In this document: piece after piece, positions 16,433 through 25,720 of the stretch | Layout of the letters: each line of letters opens with the position of its first letter | Position numbering within the stretch: position 1 is the first letter of the stretch | Source: an uncultured Chloroflexia bacterium | Lineage (GTDB): Bacteria > Chloroflexota > Limnocylindria > Limnocylindrales > CSP1-4 | DNA: 64,000 nucleotides | Reading direction: 5' to 3' | Assembly (NCBI GenBank): GCA_963789725.1 | Contig: CAWBLU010000003.1 | Coordinates: forward strand, 387,170 to 451,169 | Program-made: the position numbers and the translations under genes | The notes under the pieces: model-generated | Databases searched by the model: none | Seen by the model: the letters and a program-made list of their open reading frames with translations, nothing else | Told to the model about the DNA's origin: nothing

Positions 16433-18832
16433 ATGACTGATGTCAAGGCGCGACCGGGCGCGAACGCCTACGGCTACTTCGACGTGGCCGCTCGCGAGTA
16501 CGTAATAACCCGGCCGGACACCCCGACGCCGTGGATCAACTACATCGGCGAGGGACGCTACGGCGGCATCGTCTCCAACACGGGCGGGGGCTTTTCGTTC
16601 GACCGCGACCCGCGCAACCGCCGCGTCAGTCGCTACCGCTACAACTCGATCCCGGTCGACCAGCCCGGCCGTTACGTCTACCTGCGCGATCAGGAATCGG
16701 GCGAGTACTGGAGCCCCACAGCCCGGCCGACGAAGGTCGAACTGGACGCCTACGAGTGCCGCCACGGTGCGGCCTACACGCGGATCTCCGGTTCACGCGG
16801 CGGTATTTCCGCGGAAATCCTCTACTTCGTGCCGCTCAGCCAGCTCGACGAGCCGGTGCCCTGCGAACTGTGGGTGCTGAAGGTCCGCAACGACGGATCC
16901 GGGCCGAGGCGGCTGCGCTCGTTCAGCTACGTCGAGTTCAGCTTCGCCGACGCCGTCAGCGACATGACGAACCTGGACTGGGCCCAGCACATCGTCTTCA
17001 GCTCGTGCCGTGACGGTGTGATCCGTGTGGCAACCAAGTTCAACCCGCTTACCTCGTTCTTCGGCAGCAGCGCGGCTCCGTCTGGATATACGTGCGACCG
17101 CGAGGACTTCGTCGGCCGGGGCCGGGACCTGAGCGATCCGATCGTCGTCGAGACCGGCACGCCGTCGGACGCGCCGTCCCCGCGAGGGAACAGCGTCGGC
17201 TCGCTCACCCACGACATCGACCTGGCGCCGGGCGAGGAGCGCCAGATCGTCTTCATCATGGGCACCACGGAACGGCCGGCCGAGATAGGCCGGGTGGTCG
17301 CCCGTTACTCGCAGCCCAGCGAGGTCACGGCGGCATTCCAGGCTCTGCGCGACGACTGGGACGCATACCTCTCGCGCTTTACCGTCGAAACGCCCGACGC
17401 CGACACAAACGCCATGATCAACTTCTGGAACCAGGTCCAGTGCCGGACGACGCTGTACTGGTCCCGTTTCGTGTCCGGCTACGAGTCCGGTCTCGGCCGT
17501 GGCATGGGCACGCGCGACAGCGGCCAGGACACGCTTGGCACCATGCACACGGTCCCGGAACACGCCAGGCGGATGCTCACCACGATCTGGAAGATGCAAT
17601 TCGCCGACGGCCATACCTGGCACCAGTTCTACCCACTCACCCTCGAAGGGGGACCGGGTCTGGCCGGCGAGTTTCCCGACTGGCCGCAGTGGTTCAGCGA
17701 CGACCACCTGTGGCTGATCATCTCCGTCTGCGCCTACCTGCGTGAGACGGGGTCATTCGACTACCTGGACCAGAAGGTCTCCTACGTCGACCACACCGAG
17801 GAGACGGTCTGGCAGCACATGTTACGGGCGGTCGACTTCACCCTGGCCAACCTGGGCCCGCACGGCCTGCCGCGATCGGGCTTCTCCGACTGGAACGACA
17901 CGCTCGACGTCGACCACGGCTCCGGGAAGGCCGAGAGCGTGTGGACGGGGATGCAGTTCTGCAAGGCCATGCTCGATTTGGCCGAGCTGTGCGAGAAGAT
18001 CGATCGGCCGGCAGACGCGAATCGATTCTCAGGGCTCCACGCGTCGATGGCAGCCGCTATCAACGACCACGCCTGGGACGGTGCCTGGTACGCCCGCTCG
18101 TTCGACGACGACGGCCTGCCGATCGGCATCGCCGGGGCCGCCCACCACGCCATCGACCTGATCCCCCAGAGCTGGTGCGTCCTCGGCGAGGTTGCCCCGC
18201 CCGACCGGGCCGAGCAGGCCATGGCCTCGGCTGACGAGAAGCTCAACACCAAGTACGGCATCGCCCTGATGTGGCCGCCCTACGACGGCGCCGACCCGCG
18301 CGTCGCCGGCATGGCCACGTACGTCCCGGGCGCCAAGGAGAACGGCGGCATCTTCTGCCACGCCAACACCTGGTCCATCGTCGCGGCGGCGATGCTCGGC
18401 CACGGCGATCAGGCTTACCAGTATTACCGCCAGATCCTGCCCCTGGCCCGCACAGACTCCGATCTGTACCAGGTGGAGCCCTACACCTACCCCCAGAACA
18501 TCTGCGGGCCGGCCCACCCGTCGTTCGGCCTGGCTCGCAACGCCTGGCTGACCGGCACCGCGGCGTGGACCTTCGTGGCGGCCACGCAGTGGATCCTCGG
18601 CATCAGGCCTACCTATGACGGCCTCCTTGTGGCCCCGGCACTTCCCGGTCAATGGCCCGGGTACAAGGCCCACCGAGAGTATCGCGGCACGGCCTACGAG
18701 ATCTCCGTCCGGCGCGAGGGCCCCGGCAACTCGGTGGTCATGGTCGTCGACGGAAAGTCCGTCGCCGGGGACGTCGTTCCGCCGCCCCCGCCGGGGACGG
18801 CGACCGTCGAAGTTGACGTGGTCCTGCGATGA
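16433..18832 (+). CDS. GH94 glycoside phosphorylase, paralog 2
   Basis: N-terminus YGYFDVAAREYVITRPDTPTPWINYIG and SGFSDWNDTLDV. 799 aa, paralogous to the upstream gene. Confidence 0.85.
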   Translation: MTDVKARPGANAYGYFDVAAREYVITRPDTPTPWINYIGEGRYGGIVSNTGGGFSFDRDPRNRRVSRYRYNSIPVDQPGRYVYLRDQESGEYWSPTARPTKVELDAYECRHGAAYTRISGSRGGISAEILYFVPLSQLDEPVPCELWVLKVRNDGSGPRRLRSFSYVEFSFADAVSDMTNLDWAQHIVFSSCRDGVIRVATKFNPLTSFFGSSAAPSGYTCDREDFVGRGRDLSDPIVVETGTPSDAPSPRGNSVGSLTHDIDLAPGEERQIVFIMGTTERPAEIGRVVARYSQPSEVTAAFQALRDDWDAYLSRFTVETPDADTNAMINFWNQVQCRTTLYWSRFVSGYESGLGRGMGTRDSGQDTLGTMHTVPEHARRMLTTIWKMQFADGHTWHQFYPLTLEGGPGLAGEFPDWPQWFSDDHLWLIISVCAYLRETGSFDYLDQKVSYVDHTEETVWQHMLRAVDFTLANLGPHGLPRSGFSDWNDTLDVDHGSGKAESVWTGMQFCKAMLDLAELCEKIDRPADANRFSGLHASMAAAINDHAWDGAWYARSFDDDGLPIGIAGAAHHAIDLIPQSWCVLGEVAPPDRAEQAMASADEKLNTKYGIALMWPPYDGADPRVAGMATYVPGAKENGGIFCHANTWSIVAAAMLGHGDQAYQYYRQILPLARTDSDLYQVEPYTYPQNICGPAHPSFGLARNAWLTGTAAWTFVAATQWILGIRPTYDGLLVAPALPGQWPGYKAHREYRGTAYEISVRREGPGNSVVMVVDGKSVAGDVVPPPPPGTATVEVDVVLR

Positions 18833-19758
18833 GTGCCGCCGGCGATTCTACCGACCGCCTGCCGGGCGTTCCCGGGGAATACTTCGGCCGCGCCACTCGG
18901 CGGCTTGAAGGCGCCCATTGCTGGGCGGAGGTTCTGGCCACCGGTGGGCCGCGCGTCGTCAGGTTTGGACTCGCCGGCGGGTCGAACCTGTTCGCCGAGA
19001 CACCGACCGCGAACTGGGATGCCGGCTTCGGCACCTACGAGTTGCTGGGCGGGCACCGGTTGTGGTTTTCCCCTGAGTCGGACGAGTGCAGCGTGCCGGA
19101 TTCGACCGGGCTTACTCTGTCGGAGATGCAGAGCGTGACCGGGCCCGCGGTCATGCTCGTCGGTGCAATCGAGGCCCCGACCGGCCTGCGCAAGACGATC
19201 GAGGTCCGCCTCGATCCCGATTCGGCGGCAATGTCGTTGCACCACGTCCTCACCAACCAGGGTTCGCGTACGTTCGAACTCGCGCCCTGGCCGGTGACCC
19301 AGCTGCGACTCGGCGGCACGGCCGTCGTGCCGTTGCCGCCCGCGACCGAGGAGCCGTCGTCCCGCCCGAACCAGCTGGTAGCCATGTGGCCGTACAGCTC
19401 GTGGTCGGACGAGAGGATCGAGATCGCCGAGCATCGGCTGACCGTCGCCGCCCGCCCGGGCAGGCCCGTGAAGGTCGGTTGCCTGAGTTCGACAGGCGTC
19501 GCCGGCTACTTGCTGGACGGGCTCCTCGTGGTGCTGAAGTTCGACCCGGCTCGTGGTTCCGTTCACTCGGACCTCGGCAGCAATCTCGAGGTCTACTGCG
19601 ACGATCGGACCATCGAGCTCGAGTCCCTCGGGCCGCTGGTGACCCTGGCCCCCGGTGATGCGGTGGCGCACGACGAGCGCTGGGAGATCCTCGAGGTAGG
19701 AGATGGCCTGGACGCAGTGAGCGTTGAAGGGCTGCTGAGGGAGTTCGCACCGGCGTGA
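18829..19758 (+). CDS. hypothetical protein co-transcribed with the GH94 genes
   Basis: Start overlaps the upstream stop (ATGA) and its stop overlaps the next start. No motif I can name with confidence. Confidence 0.5.
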   Translation: MSAAGDSTDRLPGVPGEYFGRATRRLEGAHCWAEVLATGGPRVVRFGLAGGSNLFAETPTANWDAGFGTYELLGGHRLWFSPESDECSVPDSTGLTLSEMQSVTGPAVMLVGAIEAPTGLRKTIEVRLDPDSAAMSLHHVLTNQGSRTFELAPWPVTQLRLGGTAVVPLPPATEEPSSRPNQLVAMWPYSSWSDERIEIAEHRLTVAARPGRPVKVGCLSSTGVAGYLLDGLLVVLKFDPARGSVHSDLGSNLEVYCDDRTIELESLGPLVTLAPGDAVAHDERWEILEVGDGLDAVSVEGLLREFAPA

Positions 19759-20678
19759 CCGGATCCACTCCGGCCGACCCGTTCGGGCCCTCGGCGGCGG
19801 CCGAGCTCGTCGTCGACGCCCGGGCCATCATTGGCGAAGGGCCGGTCTGGGATGCCGACCGAGGCCTGCTGTGGTGGGTCGACATCCTGGGCGGGCTGGT
19901 TCACGCCTTCGACCCCGCGACCGGCAAGGACGACGCATTCGAGATCGGGCAGGCGGCCGGGGCCGTCGCGCTCCGACATGACGGCGGCATCCTCGTCCTC
20001 GGCCAGGACGCGATCCTGGCCCTGGATCCGGCAACTCGCCGCCTCGCGCCTGTGTTCGCCTTCGCCCGCGAGAACCCGCCGCGCCGGTCGAACGACGCCA
20101 AGCCCGATCCCACCGGGCGGCTGTGGATCGACCGCATGCCGTTCGATCACGCTCATGGAATGGGATCGCTGCGCCGCCTCGATGCGGACCTGAATCTGAT
20201 GTCGATCCTGACCGACCTGACCATCCCGAACGGTCTGGCCTGGAGCCCGGACGGGGCGACGCTCTACTTCGCCGAGTCGCTGAGCCGCGTGGTCACGGCC
20301 TACGACTTCGACGGCACCACCGGCGCGATATCAGGTGGCCGGCCATTCCTTCGGATCGGGGCCGAGACCGGGATGCCGGCCGAAGCCGTACCCGACGGCT
20401 TGACGGTCGACGCGGAGGGTTCCGTCTGGGTGGCGGTGTGGAACGGGCGGTGTGTCATTCGCGTCTCGCCCGCCGGTGAGGTACAGGCTCGTTTCGACCT
20501 GCCGGTGTCGCAGGTTTCGAGCGTGTGCTTCGGCGGCGCGGACCTCTCGGACCTGTACGTCACCTCGGCCAGGGAAGACTTCGTCGAGGAGGACGACGCG
20601 CGGGAACCGCTCGCCGGCGGGCTCTTCAGGGTCAGGCCGGGAGTCCGGGGCCTGCCGCCTCATCGCTTTGCCGGCTGA
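19755..20678 (+). CDS. SMP-30/gluconolactonase/LRE-family protein
   Basis: IGEGPVWDADRGLLWWVDI, NDAKPDPTGRLWI and TIPNGLAWSPDG are typical of the six-bladed regucalcin/gluconolactonase family. Confidence 0.8.
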   Translation: MTGSTPADPFGPSAAAELVVDARAIIGEGPVWDADRGLLWWVDILGGLVHAFDPATGKDDAFEIGQAAGAVALRHDGGILVLGQDAILALDPATRRLAPVFAFARENPPRRSNDAKPDPTGRLWIDRMPFDHAHGMGSLRRLDADLNLMSILTDLTIPNGLAWSPDGATLYFAESLSRVVTAYDFDGTTGAISGGRPFLRIGAETGMPAEAVPDGLTVDAEGSVWVAVWNGRCVIRVSPAGEVQARFDLPVSQVSSVCFGGADLSDLYVTSAREDFVEEDDAREPLAGGLFRVRPGVRGLPPHRFAG

Positions 20679-20854
20679 TCTTCCGCGCTGAGTTCCGCTC
20701 GGCCGAACGCCGCCGGGATTCGCACAGGGGACTCCGCTCGGCCGCGACCGGAGATTGCGTTCCGGGCCATCGAAGCGCAAGCTGAGTGCCTGTCCGACCC
20801 CGCGCCGACGCCTCGGCCACGAGACTGCGGCCCGTCGGAAGGAGGTCGGAAGCG

Positions 20855-21157
20855 ATGAAAGTCGGCGAACACCCGGGCCCGGACACCACGGTGGCCTCTT
20901 CGAGGTCGGCCGGGCGCGACACGGCCGCGGAAGACGAGCTGAACGAGCAATTCCACGCATTGTTGCGAGATGCCGCCGACCAGCGCGAGGGGCGGGCTCA
21001 GACCAATCGTCAGGCCGATACGGCCGCGGCCGCCGAAGAGTCGACGGCCCTATTCAGGCTCGCACGAGGCGTAAGGCGAGCGCCTCGGGGACCCCACGCG
21101 GAACGGCCGACCGGCTCGAGCAACCGTTCCGCTGGTGTCGAGCCGGCGTCCGAGTAG
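20855..21157 (+). CDS. hypothetical small protein
   Basis: ATG follows a strong AAGGAGG RBS. Acidic N-terminal half; no recognisable domain. Confidence 0.35.
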   Translation: MKVGEHPGPDTTVASSRSAGRDTAAEDELNEQFHALLRDAADQREGRAQTNRQADTAAAAEESTALFRLARGVRRAPRGPHAERPTGSSNRSAGVEPASE

Positions 21158-21475
21158 AGATCCTCGAAATCGGCGGATTCCGCACATTCGACTTTCAGGA
21201 TTTCTTCAAGGTTGGAAGCCTATTCTGCCCTCAGTTCCTCCTTCCAACTCCTCCTGGAAGACGCCAGTGACGGGGCGCCTTCCCAGATCAAGCGGTCCGG
21301 GTCCTCCCTCCCCGGGCCGCTTGTGTTTGTCGGCGCGGGGCCCGTCGGGCAGACTGGGCGGTGCGTAGAGCCCTTGTGCGAGCTCCGCCCGGAGAACACG
21401 GCGGGAGATTCGGAAGGAAGGGGTGGGTGGCGCTCCGCCGTGCCGTCGCTTCCTCGGCCGTTGTAGGCTCTGCCA

Positions 21476-22045
21476 ATGCCGGACTACTACGAGGTCCTCC
21501 AGGTTCACCCGCGTGCCGAATCCGAGGTCATCCGGGCTGCCTACCGAACCCTTGCCCGCAAGTACCACCCCGACCACGGCGGCGATCCACGTCGGATGAT
21601 CGATTTGAACGATGCCTGGGATGTCCTGGGCGACCCGGCCCTTCGCGCGGCCTACGATGCGTCGCGGGCCAGGGTCGCGTCCGCACCGGCTCCGGCTACT
21701 CGCGCGGAACCCGCTCGGCGTCCACCCGAGGCCGCGCCGGCGACTCCGCCGCGCCCGGAGGGTGCCCGTCCGACATACTCGTCGAGCTCGGCATCGACCT
21801 CCGAGGTGGTCCATGCGGGTCCGCCACCGGGCCGCCCGTCCGGAACGGTGCTGGATTTCGGACGATACGCCGGGTGGTCCCTGGGCGAGATCGCACGCCA
21901 CGACCTCGACTACCTGGAGTGGCTCCAGCGGGCGACCTTCGGGCGGCGGTTGCGCGCGGAAATCGACGCGCTCCTGGCAGGACGCCGCGGGTCTTCGCCG
22001 GCCGCGCGCCCGCCGACGGGCCGAGGCTGGCCGGGACGGCGCTAG
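21476..22045 (+). CDS. J-domain (DnaJ-like) protein
   Basis: DYYEVLQV...AYRTLARKYHPDHGGD is a J domain with the HPD motif. Confidence 0.8.
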   Translation: MPDYYEVLQVHPRAESEVIRAAYRTLARKYHPDHGGDPRRMIDLNDAWDVLGDPALRAAYDASRARVASAPAPATRAEPARRPPEAAPATPPRPEGARPTYSSSSASTSEVVHAGPPPGRPSGTVLDFGRYAGWSLGEIARHDLDYLEWLQRATFGRRLRAEIDALLAGRRGSSPAARPPTGRGWPGRR

Positions 22046-22367
22046 CGCCGTTGCTCTGCCGGCTCGCAACCGCGAAGGGCTCGGCGACGAATTGTCACGT
22101 CGCTCTTCGCGGCCCCCCTCATGGAGCGCGGAGTTGCGCGAGGGGTCCCGCAGGGCCAGCAACGTTCGCCCGGCGGTCTCGGTTGGATCGCGCAACGTCC
22201 GACTGCGCCACCATAGCGGCGCCCACTTATCTGCGGCTTACTTCCGTCGGGCCCGCGGCCGGCCAGGGCGCTCCGTCTCGCGGGAATCGTGCGATTCGTA
22301 CGTACCGTCAGGCGGTTGCCCGTCCCGCTCGACTCCGCACCTCCGCTGCCGGAGGTAGCATCGGGTC

Positions 22368-23216
22368 ATGATGAAATTCGGACTGTCCCTGAGGAATACC
22401 GGCCCCGGATCGAGCGCCGAGGCGATCGAGGCGGGAGCGAAAACGGCCGAACGCCTCGGCTGGGAGACCGTCTGGACGACCGATCACGTTCTGGTGCCGG
22501 GGTCCGCGGCCGGCGAGTACGGGCGCACCTTCGAGGCGATCGAGACCCTGGCCTGGGTAGGGGCAAAGCACCCGCGCCTCAAGCTGGGCACGAGCGTGAT
22601 CGTCGTCCCGCAGCGCAACGCCGTGCTTCTCGCCAAGGAGCTGGCCACGCTCGACGTGCTGAGCGGTGGCCGCCTGATCGCCGGTGTAGGCGTCGGCTGG
22701 AACGAGACCGAGTTCGCGAACCTCGGCCTGGCCGATCGTTTTCACCGTCGCGGCGCATACCTGGACGAAACGATCCGACTGTGGCGCCACCTCTGGTCCG
22801 GTTCGGCCGAGCCGTTCGAGGGCGTGTTCCACGCCTTCAGCGACTTCGTCTTTGGGCCGTTGCCGGTCCGCCGGGATAGCGTTCCGATTCTGGTCGGCGG
22901 CTCGTCGGCCGCGGCGTTGCGGCGCGCCGGGGCCCTGGCAGACGGCTATCACGCCACCCGCGCGGCGCCCGACGAGATGGCTCGCCGTATTCCGGTCGTC
23001 CGGGCGGCCGCACAAGCCGCGGGTCGGCCGGCACCGTCGCTGTCGGTTCGGATGCCCGTCTCGGCGGAGCCGGACGCCATTCTTCGGGACGTTCGGGAGT
23101 ACGAGGCGATGGGCGTCGAGCAGCTGGCGGTCGTCTTCGCCGAGACCGAACCTGAACGCCTGCAATTGGCGATCGAACGGTTCGACGCCGAGGTCGTCCA
23201 GGCTCTGGCCGGTTGA
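22368..23216 (+). CDS. LLM-class (luciferase-like) F420-dependent oxidoreductase
   Basis: MKFGLSL...ERLGWETVWTTDHV N-terminus and overall profile typical of luciferase-like monooxygenase / F420-dependent reductases. Confidence 0.75.
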   Translation: MMKFGLSLRNTGPGSSAEAIEAGAKTAERLGWETVWTTDHVLVPGSAAGEYGRTFEAIETLAWVGAKHPRLKLGTSVIVVPQRNAVLLAKELATLDVLSGGRLIAGVGVGWNETEFANLGLADRFHRRGAYLDETIRLWRHLWSGSAEPFEGVFHAFSDFVFGPLPVRRDSVPILVGGSSAAALRRAGALADGYHATRAAPDEMARRIPVVRAAAQAAGRPAPSLSVRMPVSAEPDAILRDVREYEAMGVEQLAVVFAETEPERLQLAIERFDAEVVQALAG

Positions 23217-23692
23217 GCGACCCGTTTGTGCTGGCCCCGGCCGAGCGGGCCTTCCTGCTGGCGTGCCGGCGCATCGTAATGTGCACGGTCGCGGCCGATG
23301 GTTCGCCTCGCCCGGTGCCCATCTGCTTCGCCGTCGCGGACAGCCCGGCCGTGGAAGCGGAGTGTCTGTACACGCCGCTCGACGACAAACCGAAGCAGGT
23401 CCACGATCCGCGCCTGCTCGCGCGGGTCCGCGACATCGTCGCTCGCCCCGGCGTGATTCTCCTGGCCGATCGCTGGGACGAGGATTGGAGCCGGCTCGGT
23501 TGGTTGCGACTGCTCGGCCGAGCGCTGCTTTTGGAGCCCGGTTCGGGGCAGGCTGGCGGTGCCGAGGAGCACGCCTCGGCGGTAGCAGCTCTTCGCACCC
23601 GCTATCCCCAGTACCACGATCACGACCTGGCCAGTCGGCCGCTGATTCGGGTGGACATCACCTCGGCTCGATCCTGGGGCTCCCTCGTCTAG
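23213..23692 (+). CDS. PPOX-class (pyridoxamine 5'-phosphate oxidase-like) probable F420-dependent enzyme
   Basis: About 159 aa with the split-barrel FMN/F420-binding profile (RIVMCTVAADGSPRPVPICFA...). Start is TTG at 23213 overlapping the LLM stop, or alternatively GTG at 23228. Confidence 0.6.
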   Translation: MSDPFVLAPAERAFLLACRRIVMCTVAADGSPRPVPICFAVADSPAVEAECLYTPLDDKPKQVHDPRLLARVRDIVARPGVILLADRWDEDWSRLGWLRLLGRALLLEPGSGQAGGAEEHASAVAALRTRYPQYHDHDLASRPLIRVDITSARSWGSLV

Positions 23693-23799
23693 GGCGTAGG
23701 GCGTAGGGCGTTGGCGTCCGGGCGTAGGGCGTAGGGCGTAGGGCGTCCGGGCGGTTCGGCGGGCACTCGCCCGGCTCTCCGTCCGGCCGTCGTGCTAAC

Positions 23800-23966
23800 C
23801 TACCGCCAACCTTTGTTGCCGGCTCTGTGAGGCCGGCTTCCGGTCGATCCAGGCCGGGCATGCGGTCCAGAGAGGCCGCGGAGGAGCGAATGTTCGTCTG
23901 CGAGTCAAACCACCGCGCCGGTTCGGCCGGTGGCTTTTTTGTCCGGCCCGGCACTATCGGGGCCGG
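23800..23966 (+). promoter_or_regulatory. PyrR-dependent translation-coupled attenuator (leader) of carA
   Basis: Hairpin GCCGGC-tctgtgag-GCCGGC (23824-23843), then a PyrR box GGUCCAGAGAGGCCGCGGAGGAG (about 23864-23886) that overlaps the Shine-Dalgarno sequence of a leader ORF. Terminator CCACCGcGCC-ggttc-GGCCGGTGG followed by CTTTTTTGT (23910-23942). Confidence 0.7.
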
Positions 23967-23970
23967 ATGA
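23890..23970 (+). CDS. carA leader peptide (26 aa, MFVCESNHRAGSAGGFFVRPGTIGAG)
   Basis: ATG is 7 nt after GGAGGAG. The ORF runs through the terminator and its TGA overlaps the carA ATG (ggATGAtg). Confidence 0.5.
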   Translation: MFVCESNHRAGSAGGFFVRPGTIGAG

Positions 23971-25229
23971 TGCCTTCGGTGTCGCACGCCCTCAAGCAGC
24001 CGCCGTTTCCGCGGCCCAGCTCGGTCGTCGACCCGAGGGTTGGCGACTACGGCCCGGCCCTGCTCGCGCTCGAGGACGGGCGTTTATTCCCGGGCATCGC
24101 CTTCGGTTCGCAGCGCGCCGGCCAGGGCGACCTCGTCGTGAACACGAGCCAGACTGGCTACCAGGAGATCGCCACCGATCCCTCGTATGCGGGCCAGCTC
24201 GTAGTGATGACATACCCGCTGATCGGCAACTACGGCCGGGTCCACTATGACGACCAGTCCGAGAGGCCCTGGCTGCGCGGCCTGATCGTGGCGAACGCAA
24301 CGGCCGCAGTTCTGGACGATGCCCGGCAGCTGGCGACGATGCTGCGTGAGGCCAGCATCCCGGCAATCGCCGGCGTCGACACGCGCGCCCTCGCCCGTCA
24401 CCTCAGGGCCCACGGTAGCCTGCGGGCCATCGTGACCGCGCCGGGCGAGACGGACCCGGAAGAAGCGAGGGCTCGGGCTCGGGCCGTGCCGCGGTGGGAG
24501 GATCAAGATTTTGTGGCCGCGGTTTCGCCCGTCTCTGCTCGAGACGAAGGCGACGCGTCCGAGGGAGGCCCGCTCGTCGCCATCCTCGATTTCGGCCTCA
24601 AGACGAACATCGTGCGCAGCCTTCGCCGGCGCGGCGCCCGGGTGCGAATCCTGCCTCACACCGCGACGGCGGCCGACGCGCTGGCGCCGGAGATCGACGG
24701 CGTGGTCTTTTCGCCAGGTCCGGGCGATCCGGCCAGGCTGGACGGCCCGGTCGCGCTTGCTCGCCAGGTCATAGCCGACGGCCGGCCGCTGCTCGGAATC
24801 TGCCTGGGCCATCAGATCATCGGCCGCGCCGCCGGGGCAGACACTCGCCGGCTTCCGTTCGGCCACCATGCCGCCAACCATCCGGTCAAGGACCTCGAGA
24901 CGGGCCTGGTGCAGGTAACGGCCCAGAACCACGAGGTCACTGTCATCGCCGAGACGCTGCCGGACGCGAGCGGCTTCGTGGTCAGCCAGATCGACCTCAA
25001 CGACGGGTCCGTCGAAGGTCTGCGCCACCGCGCGCTGCCGATAGAAACGGTCCAGTACCACCCCGAGGGCGGCCCCGGCCCATTGGATGCGCTTGCGGTC
25101 TTCGACCGTTTCGTGACGGCCGCCCTGGCCCACCACGGCGGAGGAGAGCCGGTGCCGACGGTCGGCGCCGTCGAGCCACTCCACCTGGACACGGCGGAGC
25201 TGGCACGGCGCCTTCAGGGGATGAGCTAG
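23967..25229 (+). CDS. carA: carbamoyl-phosphate synthase small (glutaminase) subunit
   Basis: N-terminal domain ALLALEDGRLF..GxxxGEVVFNTSxTGYQE-like segment. C-terminal class I glutamine amidotransferase with LGICLGHQ (catalytic Cys) and the Y/H of the triad. Confidence 0.9.
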   Translation: MMPSVSHALKQPPFPRPSSVVDPRVGDYGPALLALEDGRLFPGIAFGSQRAGQGDLVVNTSQTGYQEIATDPSYAGQLVVMTYPLIGNYGRVHYDDQSERPWLRGLIVANATAAVLDDARQLATMLREASIPAIAGVDTRALARHLRAHGSLRAIVTAPGETDPEEARARARAVPRWEDQDFVAAVSPVSARDEGDASEGGPLVAILDFGLKTNIVRSLRRRGARVRILPHTATAADALAPEIDGVVFSPGPGDPARLDGPVALARQVIADGRPLLGICLGHQIIGRAAGADTRRLPFGHHAANHPVKDLETGLVQVTAQNHEVTVIAETLPDASGFVVSQIDLNDGSVEGLRHRALPIETVQYHPEGGPGPLDALAVFDRFVTAALAHHGGGEPVPTVGAVEPLHLDTAELARRLQGMS

Positions 25230-25295
25230 AGTCGGACACGCCCCGGAGCCGATGGGGAAGTTGACGAGCATGCCCACGGCCAGGATGGGAGAGCG

Positions 25296-25720
25296 ATGCG
25301 ACAGGTCGACAGCCTTGGCCACGCGGACGCGGAGCGGGCGATCGAGGCCGTTCAATCGGAGTTGTTGCGCCGCGACAAGACGGCGGTGGTCGCCGTGGCC
25401 GACGCTCAGGGCGAGCTCGTCGGCCTGCTGCGTCTGGACGGTGCACCCTTGCCCTCGATCACCATCGCGACGAACAAGGCCTGACCGCGGCCCGCGAGCG
25501 AAAGCCGACACTGGAGATCGGCCAGGCGGCCCTTGATCCGGAGCGCGTCTTCGACATCGCCTACTACGGTGATCTCCGGTACGTCGGGTGGGGCGGGGGA
25601 GTGCCGGTCCTGGTGCGAGGTCAGGTCGTTGGAGCGGTGGCTGTGAGCGGGCTCACACAAGAGGAGGACGCGGAGCTGGCCGGACTCGGCGCGGGCGCGG
25701 TCGTCGCGGGATTGGGTTGA
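25296..25720 (+). pseudogene. GlcG/HbpS-like DUF336 protein, apparently disrupted by a 1-nt frameshift
   Basis: Frame A (25296-25484) encodes ...VAVADAQGELVGLLRLDGAPLPSITIATNKA*. The downstream portion is in another frame, from about 25481 to 25720: LTAARERKPTLEIGQAAL...GGGVPVLVRGQVVGAVAVSGLTQEEDAELA. Together these make a typical roughly 135-aa DUF336 protein, with the shift at about 25478-25485. Confidence 0.55.

Noticed and set aside
21206-22195. 329-aa minus-strand ORF overlapping the DnaJ-domain gene
   Set aside because: Arg-rich wrong-frame composition; the plus-strand J-domain frame is convincing.
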